Shown: one piece after another, positions 26,106 to 39,200 of the stretch | Position numbering within the stretch: the stretch's first letter is position 1 | Layout: each line of letters begins with the position of its first letter | DNA from: Phoronis australis | Lineage: Eukaryota > Animalia > Phoronida | Reading direction: 5' to 3' | DNA length: 64,000 nt | Assembly (NCBI GenBank): GCA_002633005.1 | Contig: NMRA01000543.1 | Coordinates: 224,976 to 288,975 of the forward strand | Position numbers and translations under genes: made by a program | The notes under the pieces: generated by a model | The model's database searches: none | Told to the model about the DNA's origin: nothing | The model's input: only the letters and a program-made list of their open reading frames with translations

Positions 26106-29100
26106 CTATAGTACAACCTCTTCGATATCATCGTCAATATCATCCACGGCATTTACTGTAGGCTTGGCATGAAAAGCACTGACATCTTGCCTGGGTCGCC
26201 TAGGCAACAACTTTGTTGTCGTCTCCCCAAAGATAGGTGATCCCAATGAGTCGTTATTGTTTGTGCTATTATCACTTGCCCATGGCAGAGACTTCTTGTC
26301 CGACACTGGTTTAGCCTTGGTGGAAGAGCTAAAGATATCGTCCTCACCAAATGAACTTTTTGGCTTCGAACTGTCCTCACCAAATAAACTCTCCATGAGA
26401 TTTGATCGGTTTGATCGAGGATTTCGTTTATTTTTTGACGGACTAGGCTTTGACTGGGTGAGAAATGAAGGATTGTAACCTATGCTATCATCATCATCCT
26501 CATCGTCAAAAACGAAATTTTTCTTCTTATTCTTTTTCTCCAAAATCTCATCTTCATGTGAGGGAAGTCCATTGTGTAAGTTCTCCACAGGCTTTGGGAA
26601 CGTATAAGGCTTGCGTTCAGCCGATGATGGGAAGTCGCCACCCTCTCTCACCGGCTTCTTGGTCAGTGGTGAAATGTCTATGGGGTCACCTTTTGATTTT
26701 GACTCATCTATTTGTTTCATCTTCTGTAACAACAGGTCTTTCTTCCGTCTATCCTCTTGGGCCTTGGCATCATTGGCTATCCTGTCTGCCTCTTCACGTG
26801 CCCGTCGCTGTCTCTCCTCACGATCTCGCCGCTCTCTTTCTTCTCTGTCTTCCCTCTCTCGTCGCTCCCTCTCCAAGCGATCCTCTCTCTCCCGCCTCTC
26901 TCGTTCCTCTCTCTCCCGCCGCTCGCGATCTTCCCTTTCTCGATCCAGCCTCTCACGTTCTTCAACTTCTCTCCTCTGCCTGTCCTCAGCCTCTCGTTTC
27001 ATTCGCTGTCGCTCATGCCTCAAATCCTCTTCTTCTTCCTCAAACTGCCTACGCCTTCTCTCTTCGTCCTCTCGCCGCAAACGGTCCTCACGATCACGCC
27101 TCTCAAGATCCTCGCGTTCCATACGCTCGCGCTCTTCACGGTCTCTTCTTTCCTGTTCTTCACGGTCTCTCCTCTCGTGATCTTTGTCGTACGACTGCTG
27201 AACAGAGTCCCAGTCCATTGAAGGAGGTGCTACGTTTTTTCTTTCCTTCTCTTCTTTTTCACGTTTCAAACGTTCCTGGATGGATGAAAAAAAAAATGGT
27301 CTCACTAACTTCGGTACAACAACCAGACTATTCAAATACAATTAATATTTCAATGCAACAACTGAACTATTCAAATAGACTGAAAGCGTATAATCTGAAA
27401 CTGAAAGCTTGATGCAGGAGTCTGTAAGACTGTTAAAAATTGATGAAGTTGAAGTCACATTTTCCTCCAGGCAGTCACTGAACAGCTTGTTCGAAAACTG
27501 AACCCAGACCAGACAATTGAAATTAACAACTCAGAACCACGCACTTAGCAAAAATAAAACCTGAATTTATGTGCATTTACGGGAGTTTTATTTCTAAAGT
27601 ATTTAATAATACAACATTGCAATGTTCTTGATTTAGAACATTGTTTTGGTTATAACATTCCATTGACCACAAGTCCTACGCAAATTACTGAATGCAAACT
27701 TCGGTTAAGAGGAATGTTTCACAAACATTCACTGTAACGTGATTTAACCCTAACTTTCTTTGTCTAGAGTAAAATACAAAAAGGTTTTGAATTCATAAGA
27801 ATGTTATTCTATCTGAAATAAGAGTCCTAAAGATTTTGAGTTGATTCTGCTGTTACGATGTTTACTCTAGTCAAGTGCCCATAGAACCTCACTGAAATAA
27901 GCTCTGCAAGAAGACAACAGCTAAACATAAGCAGTGATTTTATTGTTGAGACTTAACGGTTAAAATTTTGACTAGAATGAAATAGCCGCAACACCTTTTT
28001 CAAAATTAAGAACTTGTAATGGTCATGCACAGCTTAATAAATCATTAATGCAAAGCAGTCATGGCAGATCCTGTGGTGGCTTAAACAGAATATATTCTGA
28101 ATGAATTTAAATATAGTTTACATGAACAATAAACAAGGTAAAGATGGGGTTACCTCTCTTTTCCGTTTTTCATCTTCACGACGCTTCTCCTCTAAAACCC
28201 TTGCTTTCTCTCGCGGCGAGATCTCCGGTGAACTTTTCTTTTGTTTCTTCGGCTTGTTCGGTGATGGAGTTGGCGAATTGTTTGCAGACAATGGAAGTTT
28301 GTGCGGGGGCTTTAGCACACGGTTGCTGTATATATTTTTTATCTCCAGCTCTTTTTCTTTCTCCTGAAATAGGCAAAAACCTGTTACACAACAAGTACGT
28401 TATACAGGGTTTTTTTTGTCTCTTTACATGCTATATGCTGACAAGGTGTAGCATTGGAAAAATTAGAAAACCCCCATTTTTAGAAAGTTATCAAGAGGAA
28501 ACCATACCCTATAAGGGAGTAAGTACCATTCAAGGGGACCTAATTGTGAGTTTCTTAAAAATGTCACCCATCGTTGATTTTTTTTGAAGACATAATCCTA
28601 CAAAATGCTTATTAATGAATAAAACTTGGTTGAACAGCACTTATCTAAGAGGCATGTAATAAACGCACCCTCCGTTAGAATACCCCCCTTGGGTTTCAAT
28701 AACCTGTCACTGGATACATTCCCATAATGACAATTTATTTTATTACGAAAAATTGTACGCAAAAGTGTTCTTATAGTGCAGCAAATTTCCTGAAGCCCAT
28801 CTTATCAAAGGTTATAGCAATGTATCTTAGACTTGACTGTCACATACTTCATTAATGAACGAGGAATATCTCGATGATTATCAAGGGTGAACTTGGACAA
28901 CTAGGGGTTAAATTTAATTGTAATTTATGATTCTACAACTGAAAAAAGCAATAACAGGTTCCAAATCCATGACAATCTCAGCAACGACAGGGCTCGCCAC
29001 CTTTAATGAAGCAATACCTCATTTAAAGAAAGCACAACAAACAGTAACCTGCATTCATGCGGTGGTCAAATGCAATTATATGTGTTAAACATCTCAGTTT

Positions 29101-32100
29101 TTAAGAAAAATTTGACTTCATCACAAACATGTTCGTGGGTTACTTATTCAGATTTCATGATCAATTATTAAGCCAAAAAACATAGTTGGTTCCGATCTGT
29201 GGTTGTTTCGTTTTATGCAGCACGCAGTACTTTTTTGTTGTTGATTTTTTCAAAAAACAAAATCTGCGTAATATCACCCTAAGAGTTGCAACAATGGCTT
29301 TTTTGTTTTTAAAAAAATTCACTCTGTACGATTTAAAGTGGTGCGATGTTTTTCTTTTATATAAACTTGCTTCATATCAGCTCAAGTAGTGTGAAGACAC
29401 TGCTAAACCGGATATCAGTTTTTAAGTAGTCATGTTCAAGTTAAGAAATGATGCAGGCACAGACCAGAACCTATTGCTTGTTTTTCACCTGAAGGGAACA
29501 TTTTGAACATTTTCAACAATGTAACTGGCTTTTGAAAAAGGGCACTCTGGAAATTGTGGTCATTATTTTTGCGCACAAATTATTGAGAGGAGTGATCCTC
29601 GTTACTCTTTTCCAGTTGAAGGCATAAATACTGTCAGTAAGCAAAATATTGTATTTTCCACATTTCACTGTTGGGGTCCATACAGTCATTTGTTTTTCTA
29701 GTAAAAATTTTTGTTTTACGAATGGAAAAACATTTCCTCGCGAATAAGACGCTGCTGTTGAGTCAGGCAGAAATTTATGGTCGGCTTCATGTGGGGGAAA
29801 CAAACTTAATTTTACTTTCTGTAAAATCTATGATAAATGACATTACATCAAGCACTGGCCGTGGCTTGACGTTACCATTTTTCACTGATGATGTATATCT
29901 AAAAATGCATTAACACAATGCAACCTAACTCCATTATCTTACATCAGTCATACCTTAATTTGTCCCATGGCTTTCTGTAGCTCGTCTTTGAGCTCAGCAT
30001 TCTCTTTCTGCAATTCTCGCAGCTTTCCTATTTCCGTAGCTAGCTCCCTGCGGTGGTTCTTCTGAAGATTTTCCACGTGACGAGATAACTCCTGTGGGAA
30101 GATAATGAAATCATTATCATGGCAACCAGGTCATGGTAAAAAATTACACAACATGAGTGGAACGCATTATAAATTAATTTTGCTCTATGGTTATAAAATA
30201 TTGATAGAAACTGGCTATTATTCTGACCAAAAATTCATTAAGACTTACATCTTGAAAGTGTAAGGTCACGAAGTTTAATTAGATTTTAGGAGCAATTGAC
30301 TGTGATAAAAAACCAACTGTTACGACGAGTTAAAAAGTTTGTAGCAAGCGTTACTGGAATCTTATAATCTATCCATGTGTCCATATAATTGCCATATAGC
30401 TGTTTGATTTTGAAGTCAGCAAGGATCAGAGACATGTTAACATTTGCCAAAACACAATAATTTGTCACAAGGCGTGCCAAGATAGTTCTTAAGTTATCAA
30501 CTAATATTGCTTGTCAGGTCAGGTGAATGTTTAGCCTATAAGCTATACCAACACCTCCAATGTTATTGTAAACACTGGCCATAGCTTAATCCCCAGAGAC
30601 ATGTGTGGCCACTTAAAATCCATACTTAAATCAATAGGGAGGCCATATGATTTCAGCTATCAATATTTCACAACTTGTTCACCAGGGAAACTCCGATTTC
30701 ATCATACACAAACTACAGTTCTAATAGAGTATGAGGCATTGTGTCAATGTGGCCATTGCATAACATTTTGAACCAAATATAAAAGGTACATATTTGAAAA
30801 TTTGTGATTTCCTTTCATTTTGACATGCATCTCAAGATTGCAGAAACTAAAGGGACAGCTGAAATGCATTCCACATAAAAGCCAAATTTAGCGATACATA
30901 AAATTCTAAAAGTGGATGAGCTATTACTGTAACAGATTTTATCTTGTATTTGTAACCGTCCCAGCATTTGCAGAAGCCAACATGTGGAGAATTACAACAC
31001 AGGAACTCCATGTGACAACTAGTCATTTTACAGTAAGTGTGTGACCTTACCATATTGAAAATGTGACGAATGACATTGAAGAGTTTGATAAAAAGAGAAA
31101 CAGAACCCGAATGGAGCCTTGATTAGTTATTATAAGCACAAAATAGTGGATTTAAACCGGTAATAGGATACTCATGACCTTCTACTTGTCAAAATGTTGA
31201 CAAACCTATAACACTTCAAATTCAAGAAACATGTAGTTCAAATACAACCCAAGTACCTCTAATTTGTAGTGGGGGCCTGGTTATTGTCTATTACCACAAA
31301 CTGAGATTAACTTCCAGCACAGTCAAATGACTATAAACCTTCACAATTTCTGAAACTTTGATTTAAAACTCAACATTGGTATATCAAAAATACAAAAAAA
31401 CAACAATCAACAAAAAAGAAAAATGTTAAAATTGTGTATCTTACATTACACTTCTGGTCCTTTTCTTCGAGAACTGACTCCGTCTTGGACAACTTTCTAG
31501 TCAAGTCCTCACGCTCAGCGAGTTTCTTGTCCGACGCAATTGTCCTCAGTTTCTGTAGCTCCTTGGTCGTCTTAGCGAACTCGTCTTCAACATCCTTCTT
31601 CCGTCGTTCGCTCTTCTGCAGCTTTTCTTTATACTTTCTGATCTGCTCTTTCAACGTCCGCACCTCTTCCCCATGCTGCTGAATAAGTCTCGGAAGTTCA
31701 CTATCCTGACCCTCAAACTTCTCTAGCGCCCTCTCCTGGCGATGCTGCGTTCGTTTGAGGTATTTGTTCTCCAGTTTTAAGTCCTGAATCTGTTGTATCA
31801 TGTTTTCATTATCATTCCTGAGCTCGTTGATTTTCAGCCGCCGCGCCGAAAGCATTCTTTTGGCCACGTAGTCTACGCGCGGGGTCGACGTCTTCGTTCC
31901 CTGCCGGGTCGACGCATTCTTCGTATTCCTACTTTTGACTGTACTTACAGTGGACTTTTTGCCACTTACTGAAAAGGAAACGCGTACTTTAACTGCAGTC
32001 GGTCTTTGTTTACTGCTGTTGCTGTATTGGTTAAGAGTGCCACAAATGTTTGTTGTGCTGAGTAGCAGAAAGACGGCTCAAAAATTGAAATGTTAATTAT

Positions 32101-33192
32101 TTTGTACATCTGGGCTTTAGCGAGATTCAAAATGTCACAGCGTCTAAACATTTAGCTGAGAACTAAACTAAAAACTAAAAGTCCAAATGTTAGACATGAC
32201 ACTATATCAACATACATCTTAGAAAATACCGCATTCAGTAAGTTGCAACATCTCTTTTTGAATTGAAAGTTTTCTCAGCTCGGTCCACAACAACTGAGGT
32301 TTGGTTCCCTGAAAGGACCGGCCTCGCTCACATCAACTCTCCTTCAGATACTCACCGAGACGAATAGCCATTTCACAAAATGGAACAAACATGATTTCTA
32401 CATCAAATGCTTTAAAAACGATACAACATGCAACCTGTGCAGATAGATATACAGAGGACTAAAAACATTTAGAAAAAATCGGAAATTAAGAAAAATATGA
32501 CAGGGGAAAGCAATTAGCAAGAACATTGAAAACTATATTTTCAAATCTGAAGTCAAGAGAGATTGCATAAACATATACATAGTTTTAAGCCTAACTACAG
32601 ATCGTGCAGCCATCAGTAACAGATGAAGATAATAAGATAACAAATGGATTAAACATAATTAGCTCCATAGTACAATGAATAACACAAGAAAAATGTCAAC
32701 ATGCTCAACAGGATGTCCTCGATTTATAAACAGTTAATATGTATAATACTCAACAGTCTGGGAACACAAATGACTGTTGTGAATGGCATTCGTAATTAGC
32801 TGCTTATTAGCAAATACGTACTTTGTAATAACAGATAAACCTACGTGTCATAAAATCTATCACGTTAAACATGCCAAAATTTGAGAAAACGGAAAAACAG
32901 CATGTCATGTGCCATCTTGAACAAATCGAATTTGTTCTCATAGCATTCGAACAAATTTTAAACACAGTAGGTTGTGCCCATCAAGGCAATATGTTAAGCA
33001 TAAAGTTGACAACACAAAAAAGACATGCATACCGGTGCTGGTGGAATTGGCTTTTTTAATAGAGGTGCTTTTACCAATTGTTTTAAGTGGCGGAAGATCG
33101 TCTTCCTCGGACACAAAAGAATCGCTGTAGTCTGTGTAATCATCCGAGTAGTACGACCGGCTATCCGCCGACTTTGCTTTTTTGCCAGACAT
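26106..33192 (-). CDS. LCA5: Lebercilin (LCA5/LCA5L family); complement(join(33033-33192,31445-31968,29954-30091,28154-28363,26106-27275)), ~733 aa
   Basis: Lebercilin signatures KRMLSARRLKINELRN, QERALEKFEGQDSELPRLIQQHGEEVRTLK, KEKEKELEIKNIYSNR, KKDLLLQKMKQID, YTFPKPVENLHNGLP and acidic C-terminus DDIEEVVL; phases 1,0,0,0 consistent. Confidence 0.92.
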
Positions 33193-33332
33193 CTCGTCAC
33201 AGCTGACGTTAATGGTTAAGGTGTTTAAGTTAGCATGCAGGCTAGGTACCAGGAGGGCTCTGTATTGCTGTAAAAGTCAAGCAAACCTGTCAGTGCACAG
33301 AGAGAGAGAGGCGGAGGGAGCGACGGAGAGCT

Positions 33333-34761
33333 GTGATGGAACAATAGCAGGTGACATCACAGAAATATTGAGGTACTAGAACAGGACCCTCGCTCACCTT
33401 ACATGAAAAGTGCCTGAAAACCTTTTGATTGAAGGGAAGATCTCACCTTAATTCCCATCACCACCAATTCCAACCCCCACACCCCGGTCTTCAAGTATAA
33501 GCCAAAATTAACCTTTTGCCTAAGGGATTCTGTTCTTGACGGGAATCATTCATGTGGAATTTTTGGGCCTAACGAGGGAATTTCACATAATTTTTAAATA
33601 TTTTTCATAAGGGAATGGGCCGATATTCTGCCTCAAAATCGAGGCAGAGGGCTCGACCTGCAGTATTGGTTGCAATGGGGTAGCATTTGGGAATAGGCTT
33701 GTATCTTGCTCAATCCAGACCATGAACCAACTATTTGTATTTGACGTACTTTAAAAGGGAAGAATTTGAGTATTTCAAAATTAAAAAATATTTATTTTAC
33801 AATAATCTAAAATTCAAAGATTTTAATAACAGATAGGCTCCTAAGGTACTTTTATTTTGAGGCAGGTTATTTTTGAGTCGCAAATGATCCCCAACACATA
33901 TGTGCATGAACGAGTGAATGAGGTATGAAAGTTTTCTCTTCATTTTCAATTGTTCGTGGAAAGTATTACGTTATAGTATTCAGAATGCATAACATTTACA
34001 TTTTTTGAGATAATTTGCAGTTTTGCACACACAGTGATTTNGTGATGGAACAATAGCAGATGACATCACAGAAATATTGAGGTACTAGAACAGGACCCTC
34101 GCTCACCTTACATGAAAAGTGCCTGAACCTTCTGAGCTGAAAACCTTTTGATTGAAGGGAAAATCTCACCTTAATTCCCATCATGCACCAATTCCATCCC
34201 CCACACCCCGGTCTTCAAGTAGCCAAAATTAACATTTTGCCTAAGGGATTCTGTTCTTGACGGGAATCATTCATGTGGAATTTTTGGGCATAACCAGGGA
34301 ATTTCACATAATTTTTAAATATTTTTCATAAGGGAATGGGCCGATATTCTGCCTCAAAATCGAGGCAGAGGGCTCGACCTGCAGTATTGGTTGCAATGGG
34401 GTAGCATTTGGGAATAGGCTTGTATCTTGCTCGATCCAGACCATGAACCAACTATTTGTATTTGACGTACTTTAAAAGGGAGGAATTTGAGTATTTCAAA
34501 ATTAAAAAATATTTATTTTACAATAATCTAAAATTCAAAGATTTTAATAACAGATAGGCCCCTAAGGTACTTTTATTTTGAGGCAGTTTATTTTTGAGTC
34601 GCAAATGATCCCCAACACATATGTGCATGAACGAGTGAATGAGGTATGAAAGTTTTCTCTTCATTTTCAATTGTTCGTGGAAAGTATTACGTTATAGTAT
34701 TCAGAATGCATAACATTTACATTTTTTGAGATAATTTGCAGTTTTGCACACACAGTGATTT
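33333..34761. repeat. ~710-bp tandem duplication joined by a single N (34041); probable assembly overlap of two alleles
   Basis: 33333-34040 and 34042-34761 nearly identical with a few SNPs/indels. Confidence 0.85.
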
Positions 34762-35153
34762 TTTAGAATTTCAAGAAATTCTGTCAAGTCACTGTTTTTG
34801 ACCTGGATGCTATTTTGTGATGACATTCTAAAAGTCTTTTAAGATACTAGAAGTTGTGCAGTTAACAATTTTATGAGGTCATGCAGTCTGTCAGGTAAAA
34901 TTCATCAACTGCAAAAGGAAAAGGGCTGAAACCTCGACATAAAACCTACAAATAATGAATATATAATGAGAAGAGTTACTGAAGAAGGTAGTACAGATGC
35001 CTTTTTGACGATCAATAAACTAAGGCGACATCATAAAGTCCAAAGGAGAAAACTTTGAAGTTGCAACACAAAATTTTACCTACAATCACATTTTAAAAAT
35101 ATAAGTTATAATACATGACATACAGTAAAATTACCAGCAATTTAACACCATAC

Positions 35154-35330
35154 CTCAAGAGTGGCCGTAGCGATCATATTGCCATAATTAGGTCTTGATA
35201 AGTAGCTGCAGACTTGTCGGTAAAAGTGTACAGTAAAAGAGTCTCTCTTGAAAATGGCTGCCGAGAACCACTAGCTTCACTCAATGACGGCAATGTCCGT
35301 TATACAGTGAAACTGGTTCCCGGTAACCAG
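35154..35330 (-). other. Probable upstream first exon of lebercilin (5' boundary approximate)
   Basis: Donor CTTGAG|GTATGG at 35154/35153; splicing to acceptor TTTTACAG| at 33268/33267 would be in frame (MIATATLE|QYRALL...DE-MSGKK), or is simply 5'UTR. Confidence 0.45.
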
Positions 35331-35381
35331 TTTGAAGAGGGACTCATTTAACCCACATTTACCGACTTGTCTACTGGTAAC
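35310..35381. promoter_or_regulatory. RFX X-box-like motifs in the LCA5/SH3BGR divergent promoter
   Basis: GTTCCCGGTAAC at 35316-35327 inside the imperfect palindrome AAACTGGTTCCCGGTAACCAGTTT, and GTCTACTGGTAAC at ~35369-35381; RFX X-boxes are typical of ciliary genes. Confidence 0.45.
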
Positions 35382-36083
35382 ACTGGTTAGTGCGTCACTG
35401 TCACTGGTCGCCTGATCTCAAATTGTTCCTCTCTATTGCCGGAGTGATTTCAAGGTTTCGAATTAAGAAATTAACAATTTATTTACTGCTTGAGATCAGG
35501 CTCTACAAATTGGCTAATCACAGAGAATCACTTAACTGATGCATCGAGAATAGGCTCTAGGAATAAAGAACTATCAGATCCAATTAGTAAAATCAGAAAT
35601 CACTTCTCACCTGATAAAGGGACAAGTTGAGACCAAAATTTATAGCAATAAGTGGCCCGGTATGAATCCAAAGTTGGACAAAACAGTACAAGGAAAAAAG
35701 AGACAAATTTAATATTTTAGTTGATTCTCCTGAACTAATTGTGAATTGCATTCCACATTTAATTTGCATTGCATTCTCTTTCTCCAATGCCAATGGACCA
35801 CTCGTATTCGCGACTGTTCAGTTCTGTTCAGATCACAGGCAGTTGTCGCAGAAATTTTAAACGAAGAAAAATACAGCTATTTTGAACAACTGTTAAACAA
35901 CGTAATGTACCTGTGGTTCTCGGTTCCATGTAGTTCGCGTTTATAGTCAATTGCTGAATCATACACGCATCAGAGATGAGAACTAATCAATTTTGTCGAA
36001 AGAATGTTGATATTGTTTTTCTCCCCAGCAACGCTCTGCATAATACTCGTTTTATTATACGTCATCAAAACTGCGAAGTCCTC

Positions 36084-36091
36084 TGACGTCA
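36084..36091. promoter_or_regulatory. CRE palindrome TGACGTCA upstream of the SH3BGR start
   Basis: Perfect TGACGTCA ~160 nt before ATG at 36252. Confidence 0.35.
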
Positions 36092-36251
36092 CGGATTTGT
36101 GTGCTGTTGAAGAAGGAAGTCGAAAGTTAGGGGGAAGTGTCTGTACGAAATCTTGTATAAATCCATCCAAATCGAGTGCATCCTGCAGCTGGGAAATTTT
36201 TTTGTTACTTAGTGATAATCCAAATTGACTGATTTTTTCCAAGCGCTCAAT

Positions 36252-39200
36252 ATGGCCAGCATACAGTTGTTCATGTCTAGAGTATCAGGCAGTGGAAAAG
36301 TAAGTAGAAGACAAAATGCTTCCATTTCCTGTTTTTTTGACACACCCACACTTACCGCACAGTAAGGTGTGCTAGTTTTGGTTGTCAGCCAAAGAGCAAC
36401 AAGTTCTTAATTTTACACGCAGTTTTGCCCGTGCTAGCTAAGTTTTGAGAGACCTTGTAGTTGCTGTTGCATTGCTGTGTGTAGTTATGATTACTTGCAG
36501 ACAAATTAAGACATTCTTGCACTGATCAGTGACTGATCGAATGTCACTGAATATCAATGAGTGTAGTGCCTTGTGGTCCCTGATTTGGAGAGCCTTCACA
36601 AAATGCGAGTTATAATGTAGACTGGCCCTTACTGTTATGAAGTTGGCAGCAAATTCTTTTGTCAAAATTAGAGGTTACTCAGGGCAGGGATCATGCACTA
36701 TTCAATAAACTCCCACTGCTTTCTATAGAGCAGTATTGAAATGTGCAGGAAGTCATGCAAGGTTCTCAATCTCCCACTGTGAGATGTGCTTGCCGATTGC
36801 TACAGCTACCTTGTGCATGGCTGCTGCCTGCCGTGCCTGTGTTCTTTTATTTGCTGCATTTGATATTTGATGAATGAATGGTTCCAGTCGAAGGTCATAC
36901 AATAGCCAAACGCAGAGTAGCTAGCGATTGACATCACACGTAGCAGCGAGACTGATAACTTTCCAAGACTTCTGGCACATTTCTTTTAAGCACTGGATAA
37001 GTCAGTGGAAGTTTTACAATATACGAGAGGTAAATTAGTTCTAAAAAGGTGAAAGATAAAAATATACTTAGGCTTCTTTAGAACAAATAGACCTCTTATG
37101 CTCCTGTGGTCAGGGCAGTCTTTGTGTGGGTTATTCGTGATATCAAGAAATACTGAATCGTCATTTCTTTGCAAACCCTGTAATCTCTCATCTGAGTAGG
37201 GAACAATTCACATTAATTTTTTAGCATTCTGGAAAAATCAGTTTCATGTTGATCACATCTATGCATTCATTGGCTGAATCATGCCTGTATCAGACTTCAA
37301 AGATGACAACTAATTGAGTGTTAACGAAGGATTTTAAGAGGCCTTTATTAGTCTGTAGGTCATACCCAGAACTGGAAATTGACAACAGCGTTATGTGGTC
37401 TGGATCAAAAGTATGCTTCTGAGATGTAGGGTAACACGGTTTTGTACCTCACTTGATGCTATAAAAGCGCCAGTTTTCAGCAAAGTTGTATTCGTGAGGT
37501 ATAGCTGTATTTGTGAATGAGTTATTGACATTAAGCGAATGACCAAAAGAGGCGGTTATTGTATGGTAATTGTCATTTTAACCACCTCAGTCATTGTAGA
37601 TAGTAGAATGAGAAAGGTGTAATACAGTACAAGACAAAAGTAATCAGACAAAATACAGGTTTCCTGTCCTGTTGGCTAATTCTGTGAACAGCAACAATGA
37701 CTGGTAATATGAGGGCAAAATTCTAATTGCTGAATGGCTTGGCCTGTTGGCCACCTTTCTACTTTTCTTGATGATGAATTTGGCTTCCACCCAGCCATCA
37801 CGACGGGGAATTCCGGGTCATTTTGTCTGACGGGGAATTCCGGGTCATTTTGTCTGACTGGGAATTCCGGGTCTGCATTTTGTCTGAACACATTTGGCTT
37901 GCACTGTGTTATAAAATTCTCTCTGGTTGTTCCTGATGCTTAATTAAAAGTTACTGTTAGAATCGTATAAGTTGTCCTATGTTTGAGATCCAAACTTCAA
38001 GAAACGCTCGTCTATTTCTGAGGCAGTTAATGTACATAAGTGGGGGTACTGTTCTTATACATATTGGTATGTGGCACAGTTGACAGAGAGATGTAGAGTA
38101 CATCTTTGCCTGGCATTCACATTTTGATCACTCTAGGCTAATGGGGACCTTCAGATATGGTGCCTGGGCTTACCAGACAGTCAATTTCTTGAAGCACGTG
38201 TTGAGCCTTATTGTCATAAGGGTTGCATTTATAGTCGCCAACATTTGTATATGACCTGTGTATTTTATTCATTTCCAACAAAGGAGAGTTGGTATGCTCC
38301 TCTGTCATGCTTGTCATCTTAATTGAAAACTTCTTTTCCGTGAAACTTTCGTATTTAATACAACAGTGGAAGTGTACGCTCATGAAATAATTGTCCACCA
38401 CTCTGTGTTACATGATATTCAATCACTTGCCTGTATGTATTCGTTTCACGTTGATTATCGTAGGTAAAAATGGAGCAGGCAAAAATGAAGAACGTGCTGG
38501 AATCCAAAAAAATAGATTATGAAGAGGTAGACATCTCTTCGGACGAAGACCAAAGAAATTTCATGAAGGAGAACAGCAAGTCGGACAATAAAGGATTAGT
38601 TCCCCAACTGTTCAAAGATGGACAATATATTGGGGTAGGCTAGCGCGTTATCATCCTTTAGGTTGTGTGCATGTTATAAATTTTCAAGTTTGGAACGGTG
38701 GAAAATTATTTTGCTCACGGTCGTTTATTGAATGTGAACTGTTGTTCCCTAGGCTCACTCAAAAAGGCTGTAGTGCAGTTAAAAGTCTAGACTCGTTTTG
38801 CCTCAATGAAAGAGAGGCATTCATTAGTAAGAGTTATTCTGGAACCCAAATGACAAATTAGTAGACAAAACATGCCCTAGAAACTTATACATTTGTGTTA
38901 AATGGCTGTTATCAAGGAGAAATATATTATTGTCGTCACGGTGATTCATGGGCTTCCCTAAACTTCTTGGTCAAAAGTGTTCATCAGTTTGTAAATATCT
39001 ATCATGAAAAGGTTATTTGATGAAGCCAGTTGTTTTTGACGGGTGAAATTGTCAATTGTGAGCAAATATACCTGCTTGTATTCACATATCTCTTTTTGTC
39101 ATTGTATAATTCTACCGTTTGTCTTGCAGTTTCGAGACCAAAATTGCTAGACATTCAAATCTTAAATTTAACAAATTCTCGATTATGGTCTCACTCCTCC

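Noticed and set aside
26465-27412. Long plus-strand ORFs (315, 189, 154 aa) over lebercilin
   Set aside because: Antisense shadows of the low-complexity E/R-rich exon.
33333-34761. Recent tandem duplication in the LCA5 5' intron
   Set aside because: Copies are joined by a single N, typical of unmerged overlapping contigs from two haplotypes.
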